64,000 nucleotides of DNA from Octopus sinensis (taxonomy: Eukaryota). Below, in pieces: positions 23,986-38,159 of the stretch. The position numbers and the translations under genes were made by a program. The notes beneath the pieces were generated by a model that did not search any database, had not been told where the DNA came from, and saw nothing but the letters and a program-made list of their open reading frames with translations. Each line of letters begins with the position of its first letter. Position 1 is the first letter of the stretch. The stretch covers positions 14,012,001-14,076,000 of the forward strand of contig NC_043013.1 in assembly GCF_006345805.1 (NCBI RefSeq), in the 5' to 3' direction.

Positions 23986-24321
23986 TCTATTTGTCAATCT
24001 CTTTCTGTCTAGCTGTCTGTTTCTCTCTCGCTTTCTGTTTGTGTCCCTTCCTTTGTCCCATCTTCCCTTCGGTGTTACCCCAACATTACATATCTATGCC
24101 AATGATAAATAACAAGAAGCTTTTGCATGATCTTTCGACAAGTCCGAAAGAACAGCTAAAATCTACTTCGAATCACCTTTTGTCGTCACCTTCTGTATAT
24201 AGGGGAAAAGGACGTGATGGCCACGGCTTGAGTGCTTCAAATGGTAGGTCTTTTCGCTGATATTTGACCTGCAGCTAAATAATAAGAACAACCACTACAA
24301 CAACAGCAGCAGCAACAGCAG

Positions 24322-24700
24322 CGGAGGCGCAATGGCCCAGTGGTTAGGGCAGCGGACTCGCGGTCGGAGGATCGCGGTTTCGATTCCCTGACCGGGCGTT
24401 GTGTGTGTTTATTGAGCGAAAACACCCCTGTTGTACCCTTTCGCCCCATCTTTCTCTCACTCTTTTTTCCTGTTTCTTATCCCCGACTTCCTACGCAACA
24501 GCTGAGTCTGGATGCGCATTCATCCATCCGTCGATGCTCTCGGTGTCGGGGGTTGACCTGCTTTCTCTTCTGCGGGTCTTACGAATAGCAAAGGACCACG
24601 TTTCGGACTTTTCCCATCTTGCGAGTTCTGGGACGAAGACCGTTCGCTCATCAGCAGCAACAGCAACGAGAACAACAAAAACAACAACAACAATACTAAC
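24322..24700 (+). mobile_element. tRNA-derived SINE with well-preserved tRNA-like head and (CAA)n tail
   Basis: GGAGGCGCAATGGCCCAGTGGTTAGGGCAGCGGACTCGCGGTCGGAGGATCGCGGTTTCGATTCCC; no acceptor stem or CCA end. Confidence 0.75.
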
Positions 24701-25124
24701 AAAAGCATGAAGGAGCCTCTACGTGGTCGCTCAACATGTCAGAAACAGCACACCCTAACAAATCGATCCCAAGATTAATTATTAAGCCTGGTACATATTC
24801 TATTAGTCTTCTTCGCTGACCGGTTATCAAGCGGTCTCAGGGTACAGTCACACCCACAAACACACATACGTAGGATCTTTTCAGTGATTGAGATTGAAAA
24901 GATCCCATACGTATATATTTGGTTGACCCGGAGCTAAGACACTTGCCGAAGGTGCTATGCAGTGGGACTGCATGTGATCGGGAAGCGAACTTATTACCAC
25001 ATTGCCACGCTTGCGCCTATGTTGAAAAAAAAAGAAAAAAAAAAAAAACAAAAAAAAAACAAGCGATGCCCCAGCATGGCCACAGCTAGTGAGCTGAAAC
25101 TAGATAAATAAATAATTTAAAAAA

Positions 25125-25811
25125 AGCGTAGGTGTGGCTGTGTGGTAAGCAGCTTGCTTACGAACCACAATGTTCCGGGTTCAGTCCCATTGCGTGGCAC
25201 CTTGGGCATGTGTCTTCTACTATAGCCTCGGGCCAACCAAAACCTTGTGAGTGGATTTGGTAGACGGAAACTGAAAAAAAAGCCCGTCGTATGTATGTAT
25301 GTATGTATGTATGTATGTATGTATGTATGTATGTAGTATGTATGTATGTATGTATGTATGTAGTATGTATGTATGTATGTATGTATGTATGTATGTAGTA
25401 TGTATGTATGTATGTATGTATGTATGTATGTATGTATGTATGTATGAGTATGTATGTGTATGTATGTATGTAGTATGTATGTATGTATGGATGGATGGAT
25501 GGATGGATGTATGTATGTATGTGTATGTATGTATGGATGGATGGATGGATGTATGTATGTATGTATGTATGTATGTATGTATGTATGTATGTATGTATGT
25601 ATGTATGTATGTATGTATGTGTTTGTCCCTCCAGCATCGGTTGACCACCGATGCTGGTGTGTTTACGTCCCCGTAACATAGCGGTTCGGCATAGAATAAG
25701 TACTAAGCTTACAAAGAATAAGTCCTGGGGGGCTCGATTTGCTCGGCAAAAAGGGCGGTGCTCCAGCATGGCCGCAGTCAAATGACTGAAACAAGTAAAA
25801 GAGTAAAAGAG
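25125..25811 (+). mobile_element. Full SINE family A with ~330-bp internal (GTAT/GGAT)n expansion
   Basis: A-box TGGCTGTGTGG, B-box GGTTCAGTCCC, and both halves present. Confidence 0.9.
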
Positions 25812-26042
25812 AATGAAGAATTGACAAGATGGGATGGTCATATCAATAATATCTTTTGGATCATAGATTTACTCAGTTGGGGGCTGACTTGGGGTTAAAC
25901 AACAGCAGCAAGCAAGGGTGAAGACGTCAGTTCATTTCGTTACGGTCACATTTCTTCCAGATGTTGTTGTCGTTGTTTTTGTCGTTGTTCTTCTTCTCTC
26001 TTCTTCCTCATTCTTCGTCTTTTTTCTTTCCCCATCACCGAC

Positions 26043-27350
26043 ATCACCAACCTCTCCTCTCTCTTTCGTATCTGTCTGTCTCATTTTCCTCCCTCCCTCC
26101 CTCTCTCCTGCTTCCTCTTTTACCTTTTCTCTCTTGCCTTCTCTTTCCCTTACTTCACCAACCTCTCCTCTCTCTTTCGTATCTGTCTGTCTCATTTTCC
26201 TCCCTCCCTCCCTCTCTCCTGCTTCCTCTTTTACCTTTTCTCTCTTGCCTTCTCTTTCCCTTACTTCACCAACCTCTCCTCTCTCTTTCGTATCTGTCTG
26301 TCTCATTTTCCTCCCTCCCTCCCTCTCTCCTGCTTCCTCTTTTACCTTTTCTCTCTTGCCTTCTCTTTCCCTTACTTCACCCACCTCTCCCTCTCTCTTT
26401 CGTATCTGTCTGTCTCATTTTCCTCCCTCCCTCCCTCTCTCTGCTTCCTCTTTTACCTTTTCTCTCTTGCCTTCTCTTTCCTTACTTCACCAACCTCTCT
26501 CTCTCTCTTTCGTATCTGTCTGTCTCATTTTCCTCCTCCTCCCTCTCTCCTGCTTCCTCTTTTACCTTTTCTCTCTTGCCTTCTCTTTCCTTACTTCACC
26601 AACCTCTCTCTCTCTTTCGTATCTGTCTGTCTCATTTTCCTCCCTCCCTCCCTCTCTCTGCTTCCTCTTTTACCTTTTCTCTTGCCTTCTCTTTCCCTTA
26701 CTCACCAACCTATCATCTCTCTTTCGTATCTGTCTGTCTCATTTTCCTCCCTCCCTCCCTCTCTCCTGCTTCCTCTTTTACCTTTTCTCTCTTGCCTTCT
26801 CTTTCCCTTACTTCACCAACCTCTCCTCTCTCTTTCGTATCTGTCTGTCTCATTTTCCTCCCTCCCTCCCTCTCTCCTGCTTCCTCTTTTACCTTTTCTC
26901 TTGCCTTCTCTTTCCCTTACTTCACCAACCTCTCCTCTCTCTTTCGTATCTGTCTGTCTCATTTTCCTCCCTCCCTCCCTCTCTCCTGCTTCCTCTTTTA
27001 CCTTTTCTCTCTTGCCTTCTCTTTCCCTTACTTCACCAACCTCTCCTCTCTCTTTCGTATCTGTCTGTCTCATTTTCCTCCCTCCCTCCCTCTCTCCTGC
27101 TTCCTCTTTTACCTTTTCTCTCTTGCCTTCTCTTTCCCTTACTTCACCAACCTCTCCTCTCTCTTTCGTATCTGTCTGTCTCATTTTCCTCCCTCCCTCC
27201 CTCTCTCCTGCTTCCTCTTTTACCTTTTCTCTCTTGCCTCCTCTTTGGACATTACCCACATCTCCTCTCTCTTTCGTATCTGTCTGTCTCATTTCATCCC
27301 TCCCTCCGTCTCTTTCTCCTCCTTCCTCTTTTACCTTTTCTCTCTTGCCT
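26043..27350. repeat. Polypyrimidine minisatellite, ~12 units of ~111 bp
   Basis: Marker CGTATCTGTCTGTCTC at 26067, 26178, 26289, 26401, 26511, 26618, 26725, 26836, 26945, 27056, 27167 and 27275. Confidence 0.97.
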
Positions 27351-28769
27351 CCCCTTTCCCCCCACTTCACTTTCGTGTTTGTTTTCCTTCTGTATCTCCG
27401 CCTCTTCTTATACTCTTGCTTCCTTCTCCACCTCCTCCTCCTTCTATCCTTGCTACAGTCTCCTCCCACTTTATTTCGTCACATGTCTCAGTAGCAGCCC
27501 GTACAACATTTCACATCTGCAAAGCGCCCACGACCTGTTTACAAGGCCTCCAATACTAGTGGGAGGAAGGTAGCCTCAAACCGGAAACCTGGCCCCGTGT
27601 GCTTACAACAGAGTAGTCTCAGCTGCGGTTGTTATTGTTTAGCTCTAGATGAGGCCAGTCCAGACACACGTATGCTCAAGAGCGTTCCAACTATGACCAT
27701 CTTGTCTATTTTTTTTTAAACGGGAGAGTGTGATTCAAGAGCAGGGATCTTTTCACTTTGACCGGCAGATTTTTAAAACAATTTCTTTGTAACTAAACAC
27801 TCTTAAACTTCGTATACTGGTAGAATGTGTTACATAAAACATCTTTTTCTCTTGGCTTTCTTGAGAAAATTCTGTAGTTTGTAAGCTATTTGTTGTTAAA
27901 TTTCTTGCATTTCGACAATTTCAACCAATCAATGACGTCTATTGAGGTGAATACAATATCTGCCGTATTTTGTCAACAACATGTTTCTGTTACTTAGCGG
28001 CTCGGCAAGAGATATCCGATAGAATAAGTACTAGGCTTAAAAATAAAACAGGTACGGCAGTAATTTTCATTCCAATTAATTGGAATGAAAATACTGCAAG
28101 AACAACAGAATACAACGAATGTGTGCCGATGTAATGTTGTTCATCCTTCAATTAATATTTTCGTCACGTTTCCAATATCCTACTGTTTGTCAGTTATATC
28201 AGAAAATGGTTTAACTATGGGGTGTGTTGTACAGCCTCAGAATAGATGGTGCAATATTTTGTAACTGGTTATAGAATAATTTAGTTCCTCGTGACTAAAT
28301 TATTTTATGACTCATTATATCATTAAATAACCTTAATATTTAAAATAACATTCTGTATATCTTAACGTGGATTTGCTGTAGAATGCCACAGAACTGCTAC
28401 TTATTCTACATGAAAATGCTTCCCGTGCAGGACGTACAGAGCTAAAACGCACAGAAGCATATCAGTAGCAGACGAAAGGCTTCTAGCACCAGTGGCGGAA
28501 TTACTAATGTATGCCCAAAAAAGGGGAACCTGGCCTCATGAGACTATGGCTAGGGAAGGGCTTTTTAATTATTTTTTTTTTGTGGGAGTTTTGGTTAGTA
28601 TTTATTTCTAGGCCCTGTTTATCCCATTAACTTTTTGTAAGTTTAAGACTGCATTGTTCAACATATCCTTCCTATTTTAAAATCGATATGTATTTTTGAG
28701 GAAATTTTGGTAACTGTTTTTTAGCAAGTCCAATAACGAGATAAAGGCTTCCCATGCCGGCGTCTCAGA

Positions 28770-28982
28770 GGGGCTAAATTCAGAGAGGACAAACAAGGAC
28801 AGACAAACGGATTAAGTCGATTACAACGACCCCAGTGCGTAACTGGTACTTATTTAATCGACCCCGAAAGGATGAAAGGCAAAGTCGACCTCGGCGGAAT
28901 TTGAACTCAGAACGTAGCGGCAGACGAAATAAGGCTACGCATTTCGCCCGGCGTGCTAACGTTTCTGCCAACTCGCCGCCTT
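28770..28982 (-). mobile_element. SINE family B monomer with head
   Basis: Reverse complement of head, B-box and core. Confidence 0.9.
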
Positions 28983-29825
28983 CTTGCGAGGGTACTTGAG
29001 TACCATCGAATAAACAACTAAATAGAAGGCTGTTTTCATTGATATGTTTATAACATAACGCCCTGTTTCACACATACACACACACACACACACACATACA
29101 CGCGCGCACTCACGCAGAAATATATATATACCACAATATCTTTTATTTGATTCGGTCATTGAACTGCAACCGTCCGTGTTGGGGCATCGCCTTGAGAGTG
29201 TTTAGCCAACCGAATAGACCCAAGTACTTACGTTTTAAGTCTGACACTTGTCCTATCAATCTCGTTTGCTGAACCACTAAGTTATAGAGACGTAAACAAA
29301 ACAGCACCGGTCTTCAAGCAGTGATGGACAAATACAGACACAAAGACGCGCACGTGATCACACGTATGTATATGCACACACATGTAGTTGGAAAGCAAGG
29401 TTCTAACTACACAGCCATGCGTGCATCTAGCTGAAAATACATTAATAGTTTTAGTAACCAGTGTATGTCTATCTGTCTTATATTCTGTCTGCTTATATAT
29501 GTTATCTAGCTATTTATATATCTACTTGGTTAGACGTCTATTCATACAATTAGCTATCTAGTTTTATGTCTTCGGTGCTGATTAGACAAGATATCAGGCA
29601 GGTTATGTACCAAAAAGCTCGTGACAGTTTTACAAAAATACGAAGGAAAAACAGAAAATTCTGTAGGCGCAGACATGGATGTGTAGTTTAGAAAATCGCT
29701 TTGCAAATACGAGGTCTCGGATACAACCCTACTGCACAGCACCTAAGGCAAGTGTCTTTTGCTATAGCGCTGGGCTGATTAATGCCTTGTGAGCAAATTT
29801 GGTAGACGGAAATTGGATTTGGGGG

Positions 29826-30585
29826 GCCACATGCAGGAGTGATGACAAGGGACTGCTTGATCGGCGAACAATGCCTAATGCCCCCCATATTGTTGAACTC
29901 GGCCTTTGCAATTGCAAGTTTGTCTGGTGATAGACGACGTACGCGGCTGTGCACTGGGGGCCGGTGGTGGAAATGTGGTGTGTCACCCCGTGGCGGGCTG
30001 TAGGTTTGGAGAATGCCGGAGTGGTGAGATTGGGGCGACTTACAAGAAGATCCGAGAATTCGTTCTTGGTCTGCGAGATGGTTGCTATGCGCGGGGGGTG
30101 GGGCTATGTACAGATGTTGCAAGAGGCACGGAAGAGTATGTGTTGTTGTCGAGGAGTCTTCTTCCCCGCAGATCAACCAGTAGCAAGTGTGCACCGATAT
30201 GGGCTGATGAGCATCGGCGATGGTGAATGCCCATGTGTATTTTTGTGAGCCGATGTTGAGAGAAAGGGTCCGACGACCGTGTGCCTCGATTATGGACCCG
30301 TTGGCGGCTGTTAAAGGTTGGCTCCGCTTTCCGTGACGGAGGTCACTTGTCGGTGCCGGGATCACGCTGACTTCTGCTCCTGTGTCGATTAGGAACCTGC
30401 GACCGGAGCTGCGATCGCGGACATAGAGGAGCATTTGGTCATGTTTGCCGGCCACCAGGGCGTTCAAATAGCGGCCGGCCCTGGAATTTACCTGGATCAC
30501 TGGTGCTTCACCAGGTCTTGAAGCTACATAGTTGTTTGCACTTTGTCGCCTTTTTTCCGAACTTTGCGTAATTGAAGCGCAAGTC
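29826..30585 (-). pseudogene. Ty3/Gypsy gag-end, protease and RT-start fragment
   Basis: YAKFGKKATKCKQLCSF (gag knuckle-like), LYVRDRSSGRRFLIDTGAEVSVIP (aspartic protease), GPPVHSRVRRLSPDKLAIAKAEF and GIVRRSSSPLSS (RT start); frameshifted. Confidence 0.9.
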
Positions 30586-30734
30586 ATCATGCTTAACCCT
30601 ACCCTGTCTCGGGGCCGACCCTATAGCATTGATTATGACACCACTGGATAAAAAAATGTTTGTCAGCTGACTTTGCTAATTGCCGCAGGTCCTCTACACA
30701 CACACACACAACACACAACACAACACATACATAC

Positions 30735-30915
30735 ATACATATATATATACTATGAGCTTCTTTCAGTTTCCGTCTACCAAATCCACTCACAAGGCTTTGG
30801 TCGGCCCGAGGCCATAGTAGAAGACACTTACCCAAGGTGCCACGCAGTGGGACTGAACCCGGAACCATATGGTTGGTAAGCGAGCTACTTACCACATAGC
30901 CACTCCTGCGCCTAT
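30735..30915 (-). mobile_element. SINE family A, 5' half
   Basis: Reverse complement of the full tRNA-like head. Confidence 0.85.
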
Positions 30916-30978
30916 ATTGAATATTTCTGTTTGAAGAGGCTAGATATGAATCAATTGATATCTGTAATGTAGTGTATT

Positions 30979-31630
30979 GGGCGCAGGAGTGGCTGTGTGG
31001 TAAGTAGCTTGCTTACCAACCTATTTCTTTATTACCCACAAGGGGCTAAACCTAGAGGGGACAAACAAGGACAGACATAGGTATTAAGTCGATTACATCG
31101 ACCCCAGTGCGGAACTGGTACTTAATTTGTCGACCCCGAAAGGATGAAAGGCAAAGTCAACCTCGGTGGAATTTGAACTCACAACATAACGACAGACGAA
31201 ATACCGCTAAGCATTTCATCCGGCGTGCTAACGTTTCTGCCAGCTCGCCGCCTTCCTAGCTTGCTTACCAACCACATGGTTCCGGGTTCAGGCTCACTAC
31301 GTGACACCTTGGGCAAGTGTCTTCTACTATAGCGTCGGGCCGACCAAAGCCTTGTGAGTGGATGTGGTAGACGGAAACTGGAAGAAGCCCGTCGTATATA
31401 TGTATATATATATGTATCTATGCATATGCTTGTGTGTCTGTGTTTGTCCCCCCCACCATTGCTTGACAACCGATGCTGGTGTGTTTACGTCCCGTAACTT
31501 AGCGGTTCAGCAAAAGAGACTGATAGAATAAGTACTAGGCTTACAAAGAATAAGTCTTGGGGTCGATTTGATTCGACTAAGGGCGGTGCTCCAGCATGGC
31601 CGCAGTCAAATGACTGAAACAAGTAAAAGA
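30979..31630 (+). mobile_element. SINE family A interrupted by a nested SINE B
   Basis: The A head is split at TAGCTTGCTTACCAACC, which is duplicated at 31005-31021 and 31257-31273. Confidence 0.9.
31022..31256 (-). mobile_element. SINE family B, full length, 17-bp TSD
   Basis: Head to tail present; flanked by a perfect 17-bp duplication. Confidence 0.92.
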
Positions 31631-32289
31631 GTAAAAGAGAGTAAGAGTATTAGTATCTCTCTCTCTCTCTCTCTCTCTCTTTCATACACACGCGTGCGCG
31701 TAAATATTATCTTTGCTGTCTGTCTGTCTGTCTGTCTGTCTACCTATGTATGTATGTATGTATACATGTATGTATGTATGTATGTTTGTATGTATGTATG
31801 TATGTATGTATGTATACATGTATGTATGTATGTATGTATGTATGTATGTATCTATCTATCTATCTATCTATCTATATATGTATGTATGTATATGCTTGTG
31901 AGTCTGTGTTTGTCTCCCCACCATTGCTTGACAACCGATGCTGGTGTGTTTACGTCCCCCGTAACTTAGCGGTTCAGCAAAAGAGACCGATAGAATAAGT
32001 ACTAGGCTTACAAAGAATAAGTCCCGGGGTCGATTTTTATGGTAGTGAGGTGTTCCAGTGTTTAGGTTTGGGGTTACATCTCAGAAACTTATTGATCACG
32101 GCTTTGAGTTTTGCGTAATTTCTAAGTCAAATTCTGTATAAGTTTTGATTACTCTCTTTCCAAGTTCATCCGTGTCATAACTGTGTGTTGTGCGTGCGTG
32201 TGCGATTACAGATAAATATGCCTGACTAATATAAGCTGCACGAAACCTGTTGATATGCACGAATAACCGGGTTTATCAAAACACAATTA

Positions 32290-32351
<62 letters not shown>

Positions 32352-32354
<3 letters not shown>

Positions 32355-32550
32355 TTTTTTTTTTTTTCCTCTCCCCCTTTTTTTTTTTTTTTAACCCCCC
32401 CTTTTTTTTTGTCCTCTTTCTCTCCTTTTACGATCCCTTTTGATCGAAACTCCCCCTTCCTTTTTTTTTTTTTTTTTAAACCTTCAAAAGAAAAGCTCTA
32501 CCTTGTAATTTGTTCTATCTGTGTGCAGCCCTGTGTGGCTAATAAAGAAA
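32352..32550 (+). mobile_element. Tx1/L1-like LINE 3' UTR, 5'-truncated, within (TATC)n
   Basis: Tail GAAAAGCTCTACCTTGTAA...GTGTGCAGCCCTGTGTGGCTAATAAAGAAA; same family as 32689-33330. Confidence 0.7.
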
Positions 32551-32583
32551 CATATCTATCTATCTATCTATCTATCTACCTAC

Positions 32584-32641
<58 letters not shown>

Positions 32642-32656
32642 ATCTGTATCTATCTA

Positions 32657-32688
<32 letters not shown>

Positions 32689-33330
32689 GATTGGAGACAA
32701 ACACTTTCCTCTCTGGTCAATCTCTCATCAACTTCTTCAAGTACCACTTGAAAAGGAAAGTGAGAGTAGAGAGGCAAGTTTTGTCTAGCGAATGTTTTAA
32801 AAAAAGATGGGTGAATGTAGCAAGGATGATGGCACGTATGAATGACGAAGCCACCTTGAGCATAATCCTATGAACCCAGAAATTGAAAACAGAGGGTTAC
32901 CCACTTGCAAACAAATGTGGTAATATATAACAATATTGACCAAGGTTACCGTGGTCTTTTTCGTAGGCTTTTCTTCCCACGGATAAACCTTACTTGCTTT
33001 CCCCTTTACACCATATATCATAACACTGTGATACACGATCCCTATTGATCGTTCTTTTTTTTCCTTCCCCCTTTTTTCCCCCTTTTTTTCTTTTTTTCAT
33101 TTTCTTTCCTTTTGTTCCTTTCCTTCCTTTTTTTTTTTTATTCTTTTTATTTTATTCAATTTTTGTTTTTTTGGTTTTGTTCTTTTCTTCCCTTTTACGA
33201 TCCCTCTTGATCGAAAACCTACGCCACCCCTTTTTTTTCTTTTGTTTTTTGTCCCTTCATCCCCCAAAAGAAAAGCTCTACCTTGTAACTTGTCCCATCT
33301 GTGTGCAGCCCTGTGTGGCCAATAAAGAAA
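32689..33330 (+). mobile_element. Tx1/L1-like LINE ORF2 C-terminus and 3' UTR within (TATC)n
   Basis: [44 protein letters not shown]...LSIIL*, then a T-rich UTR and AATAAAGAAA. Clade call is from motif recall. Confidence 0.7.
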
Positions 33331-34290
<960 letters not shown>

Positions 34291-34607
34291 ACGGTTAAAT
34301 GCTCAATTACAAATTAATGGTTTCATCGTCGAATTTATGGAACGCAAACTACAGAATTATGTTTCTAAATGTGTCAACAGAAATATGTTCCCCTCCACTC
34401 TGGGATTCCATATATAGAAGAAAACTGACAAACAGTCACTCTATAATTTTGTGACCTCGAAGTCATGAGACGCGAATGGATAATTGAAACATAGTTATAC
34501 ATAAATAGCAACCTCCCCCACCACGACCACCACCACTTATTATTCTCTTTGGAGGAAGGAAAATGCTGTCCTTAATTTAAAATTTTTTTTTGTTTGACTC
34601 TTTCCAG

Positions 34608-34675
34608 TCGGATGGTGTCAATGATGTTGAACAAGATGTTATACAACAGTAGATTTAGCCGTCACTGGCGAGCGA
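34608..34675 (+). CDS. Possible short host exon (RMVSMMLNKMLYNSRFSRHWRA)
   Basis: Strong acceptor TTTTTTTTTGTTTGACTCTTTCCAG| and donor GA|GTATG; one frame open; no homology known to me. Confidence 0.22.
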
Positions 34676-34699
34676 GTATGGTTTAGTAATATGATTATC

Positions 34700-35080
34700 T
34701 TTCATCTTTTACTTGATTCAGTCATTGGACTGTGGCCATGCTGGGGAGCCTCCTTGAAGGATTTCAGTCAAGCGAATCGACCCCAATACCTTCTTTTGTG
34801 TTAGAAAAAGTGTGGTATTAATTCTATCAGTTTCTCTTGCCGAACAGCTAAGTTGTGGGGTGGGGTGGGGCGTAAAAAATAACTTCAGTTGTCAAACGGT
34901 GAAAAGGGCACACACACACACACACACACCACACACACACACACACACGACAGGCTTATTTCAGTTTCCATCTATCACATCCACTTGCAAAGTTTTGGTC
35001 GACCTGGGACAATAGTAGAAAACAGTTGCTCATGGTGTCAATGGGTGGGACAGAACCCGGAAACCTGGTGGCCAAGCCTC
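34700..35080 (-). mobile_element. SINE family A, degraded
   Basis: Both halves recognisable in reverse complement. Confidence 0.75.
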
Positions 35081-36769
35081 AGGGGAACGCCGATGTGCAG
35101 ACATTCTCTATCAAGCTAAATGCCGGTCGCGAGTAATGGCACCGCATTGACTCAGGCCCCGTTGCGAGGCTCGGAAACTGAGCGGAAACTTGCCAGGCAG
35201 TGTTTGTCAAGTTGGTGCACAAACTCACCCGAGATCATGCTACACTAGGGTTAGGATTAGGGTTAGGGTTATCCCGTTTCTTTTGTTGGACCGGACGTCC
35301 ACATCAGCAGAGCGCAAGCCGGGCTGGTGCCATGTCGCATAGGCCACCTCGCGTTCAATGTAATTATAACAAGAAATGGAAATACAGTCTAGCCAGTGAA
35401 AGGTAAACTTACTAATGAAAGATAAACTGACCAATGAACGATAGAGTAACCAATGAAAGATTTTTACCATCGTCCATATCATGAACTTTTTAATGATCAT
35501 TTTTCAAATGAATTTATTTTACTGTCTAATCTTTGAAGAAATCACAAGCACTTATGATACCCCCACTCTACAATATTTTTAGTTTTCTGAGATTGGTGAA
35601 AAGAAGGAAGGACATTATTCTAAAATGAGACACGAATGCTCACAATATTGGACTTCGTTAGGTACATCCGAGGACCAGTTGTTGGTATTAAACCGGATGA
35701 CGAGTTAAGTTTGCCACCTAAGATCTAGAAACACCAAGAGCCGAAATCAAATACCACAAGGAATTTTGTTCGCCAATAATCAACGCTCCCTAGACTACTG
35801 ATACTTTATTTTATCGATCCCTGAAAGGGTGAAATGCATAGTTGATCTAGACCGGATTTGAGCTCAGGACGTCAAGAGCCGGGACGAATACCTCAATGTA
35901 TTTCGTCCGATGCTTTGACAATTCTGTCAACCCTCCATCCCTGAACCAGAGGAACTTCGTTTTATTGATTCCGGAAAGAATAAAAGGTGAAGTTAATTCG
36001 TGCAGAATTTGAACACAGGATGCCGAAAGTCAAAACATACACCACAAGGTATCTCATTCACCAATACATCACCCCTTTATACATCATTATAAAGTGGTAC
36101 TTTATAAACCTCAGAAAAAAAAATGAAAGGCAAAGTCAAACTTAGTAGGATTTGAACTTAAGACGCTAAGAGCCAGAACAAATATTTCAAAGCATTTCTT
36201 CCGATGCTCTAAGAATTCCGCCAATCCGCTGCCCTGGGACCAGTGATACTTTATTTTATCGACTCTGGAGAGGATGAAAGACAAAGTTGACCTCAACGTG
36301 ATTTGAGCTCAGAATACAGAAAGCTGGAACAAATACAGCAGATCGTTTCGTTCTACTCTCCAATGGCTCTACTGTTTGGCCTTGTTAAAGAGCATCAGTA
36401 TAAATATGGTACTGTGTGCTCAACAAAAATGTATCTTAATATACAAAATCCTGGCTCTTTCCAGAAGGCTGCACCTAACCCCTGGCTTGTCCTGCGTATC
36501 ATGTGATACATTTCCTTGGCGTCCATCATCAATGACGGTACGTATTCCCTATTCTTTTTCAATCACCGGAGTAATCTGGTGCTTATGAAAGGAAACAAAT
36601 GCTAACTAAGAGCCTGAAACAAACATGAACGTTTACGACAAAACTACGAGAATGTTTTGGACACGCAAGGGATTAAGGACCTCCAAGGCCCCTGAGTCCG
36701 TTATTGGGTTGTAAACCCTTTGACGTTCATGCTCCTTCCAGATTCTGGTGGTGATCGCAGTAGATACTA

Positions 36770-37360
36770 GTTTCAAATTTTGGCACAAGGCCAGCAGCTT
36801 TGGGGATTGGGATAGGTCGATTACATTGACCTAATATTCAACTGGTACTTATTTTTTCGATTCCGAAAGGGTCAAAGACAAAGTCGACCTGGCGGAATTT
36901 GGACTCAGAACATAAAGACGGACGAAATCCTGCCTAATTGCCTTACTGTTACAATAGATATTCTTTTCTACTCTAGGCACAAGACCCGAAATCTTTGGGG
37001 AGGGGCCCAGTCAATTAGATCGACCCCAGTATGTAACTGGTACATAATTTATCGACCTCGAAAGAATGAAAAGCAAAGTCGACCTCAGCGGAATTTGAAC
37101 TCAGAACGTAAAGAGAGACGAAATACCTATTTCGTTACTACCCACAAGGGGCTAAACATAGAGAGAACAATCAAGGGCAGACAAACGGATTAAGTCGACT
37201 ATATCGACTCCAGTGCGTAACTGGTACTTATTTAATCGACCCCGAAAGGATGAAAGGCAAACTCGACCTCGGCGGAATTTGAACTCAGAACGTAGCGGCA
37301 GACGAAATACTGCTACGCTTTTCGCCCGGCGTGCTAACGTTTCTGCCAGCTCGCCGCCTT
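36770..37360 (-). mobile_element. SINE family B multimer and variant-tail copies
   Basis: Three cores; junction GAAATACCTATTTC at 37120-37133. Confidence 0.85.
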
Positions 37361-38006
37361 TTGTTACAGTAGATATTGTCATGTTAATGTTGGTAGAAAC
37401 AACAATTTCGTTCAACCGTCTGCACCTAGCTTTCATAACATGTTTCCCAAACTAAGTGCTCAGTGTCAATAACATTGATACTGCTTCTATTGTCGTACAT
37501 AAGCGACCTCATGCTTAACTAAACTGAAAAAGAGGGACAATGTTTTCGGAAATAACTTCAAATTGTCTTTTGGTAAGGTGTGACTGTTATTAAAAAATGT
37601 TGTTGACTCTACAAGCTATTGTTGTGTGAATGTACTTTTATTCTTATCTGCTTTGTGTGAGAGGGATTTTTACGTTTTAGTGTATGGCTTTATAATGCAT
37701 TCTCTGAAATGATTTGTCCTGTCATTAGAATTTTAGGTTTTTGCTGCTAATTACTTTGTATTGTTCAATACAAATATTTCCCAGTTTTCTGCATTCCATT
37801 AGCTTTGTTTTCTATTATTTCCTTGTCTTCTTGCTTAAAGCTGATCTTTTCATTCTGTCATGCGCCCTGCGTTGACGCCGCTTCAAATAACGTTGTGAAT
37901 GCCTTGGTGGTAACGATGTTTAACTCACGATCGGTCATGGGTTCACTTCTTGTACGATGTGGCACATCGAGTCCTTAAGCAAGGTACTTCACTGCAGTCT
38001 GGAATC

Positions 38007-38057
<51 letters not shown>

Positions 38058-38159
38058 CATACATACATACATACATACATACATACATACATACATACAT
38101 ACATACATACATACATACGTACATACATACATGAAAGAGAGGGTTGTAGCTTGCTTGAA

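Noticed and set aside
24322-24395. tRNA gene
   Set aside because: A and B boxes are present, but there is no acceptor stem or terminator, and it continues into a SINE body with a (CAA)n tail.
25918-27573. 551-aa and 532-aa ORFs as genes
   Set aside because: They result from a stop-free 111-bp pyrimidine repeat; kept only as a repeat finding.
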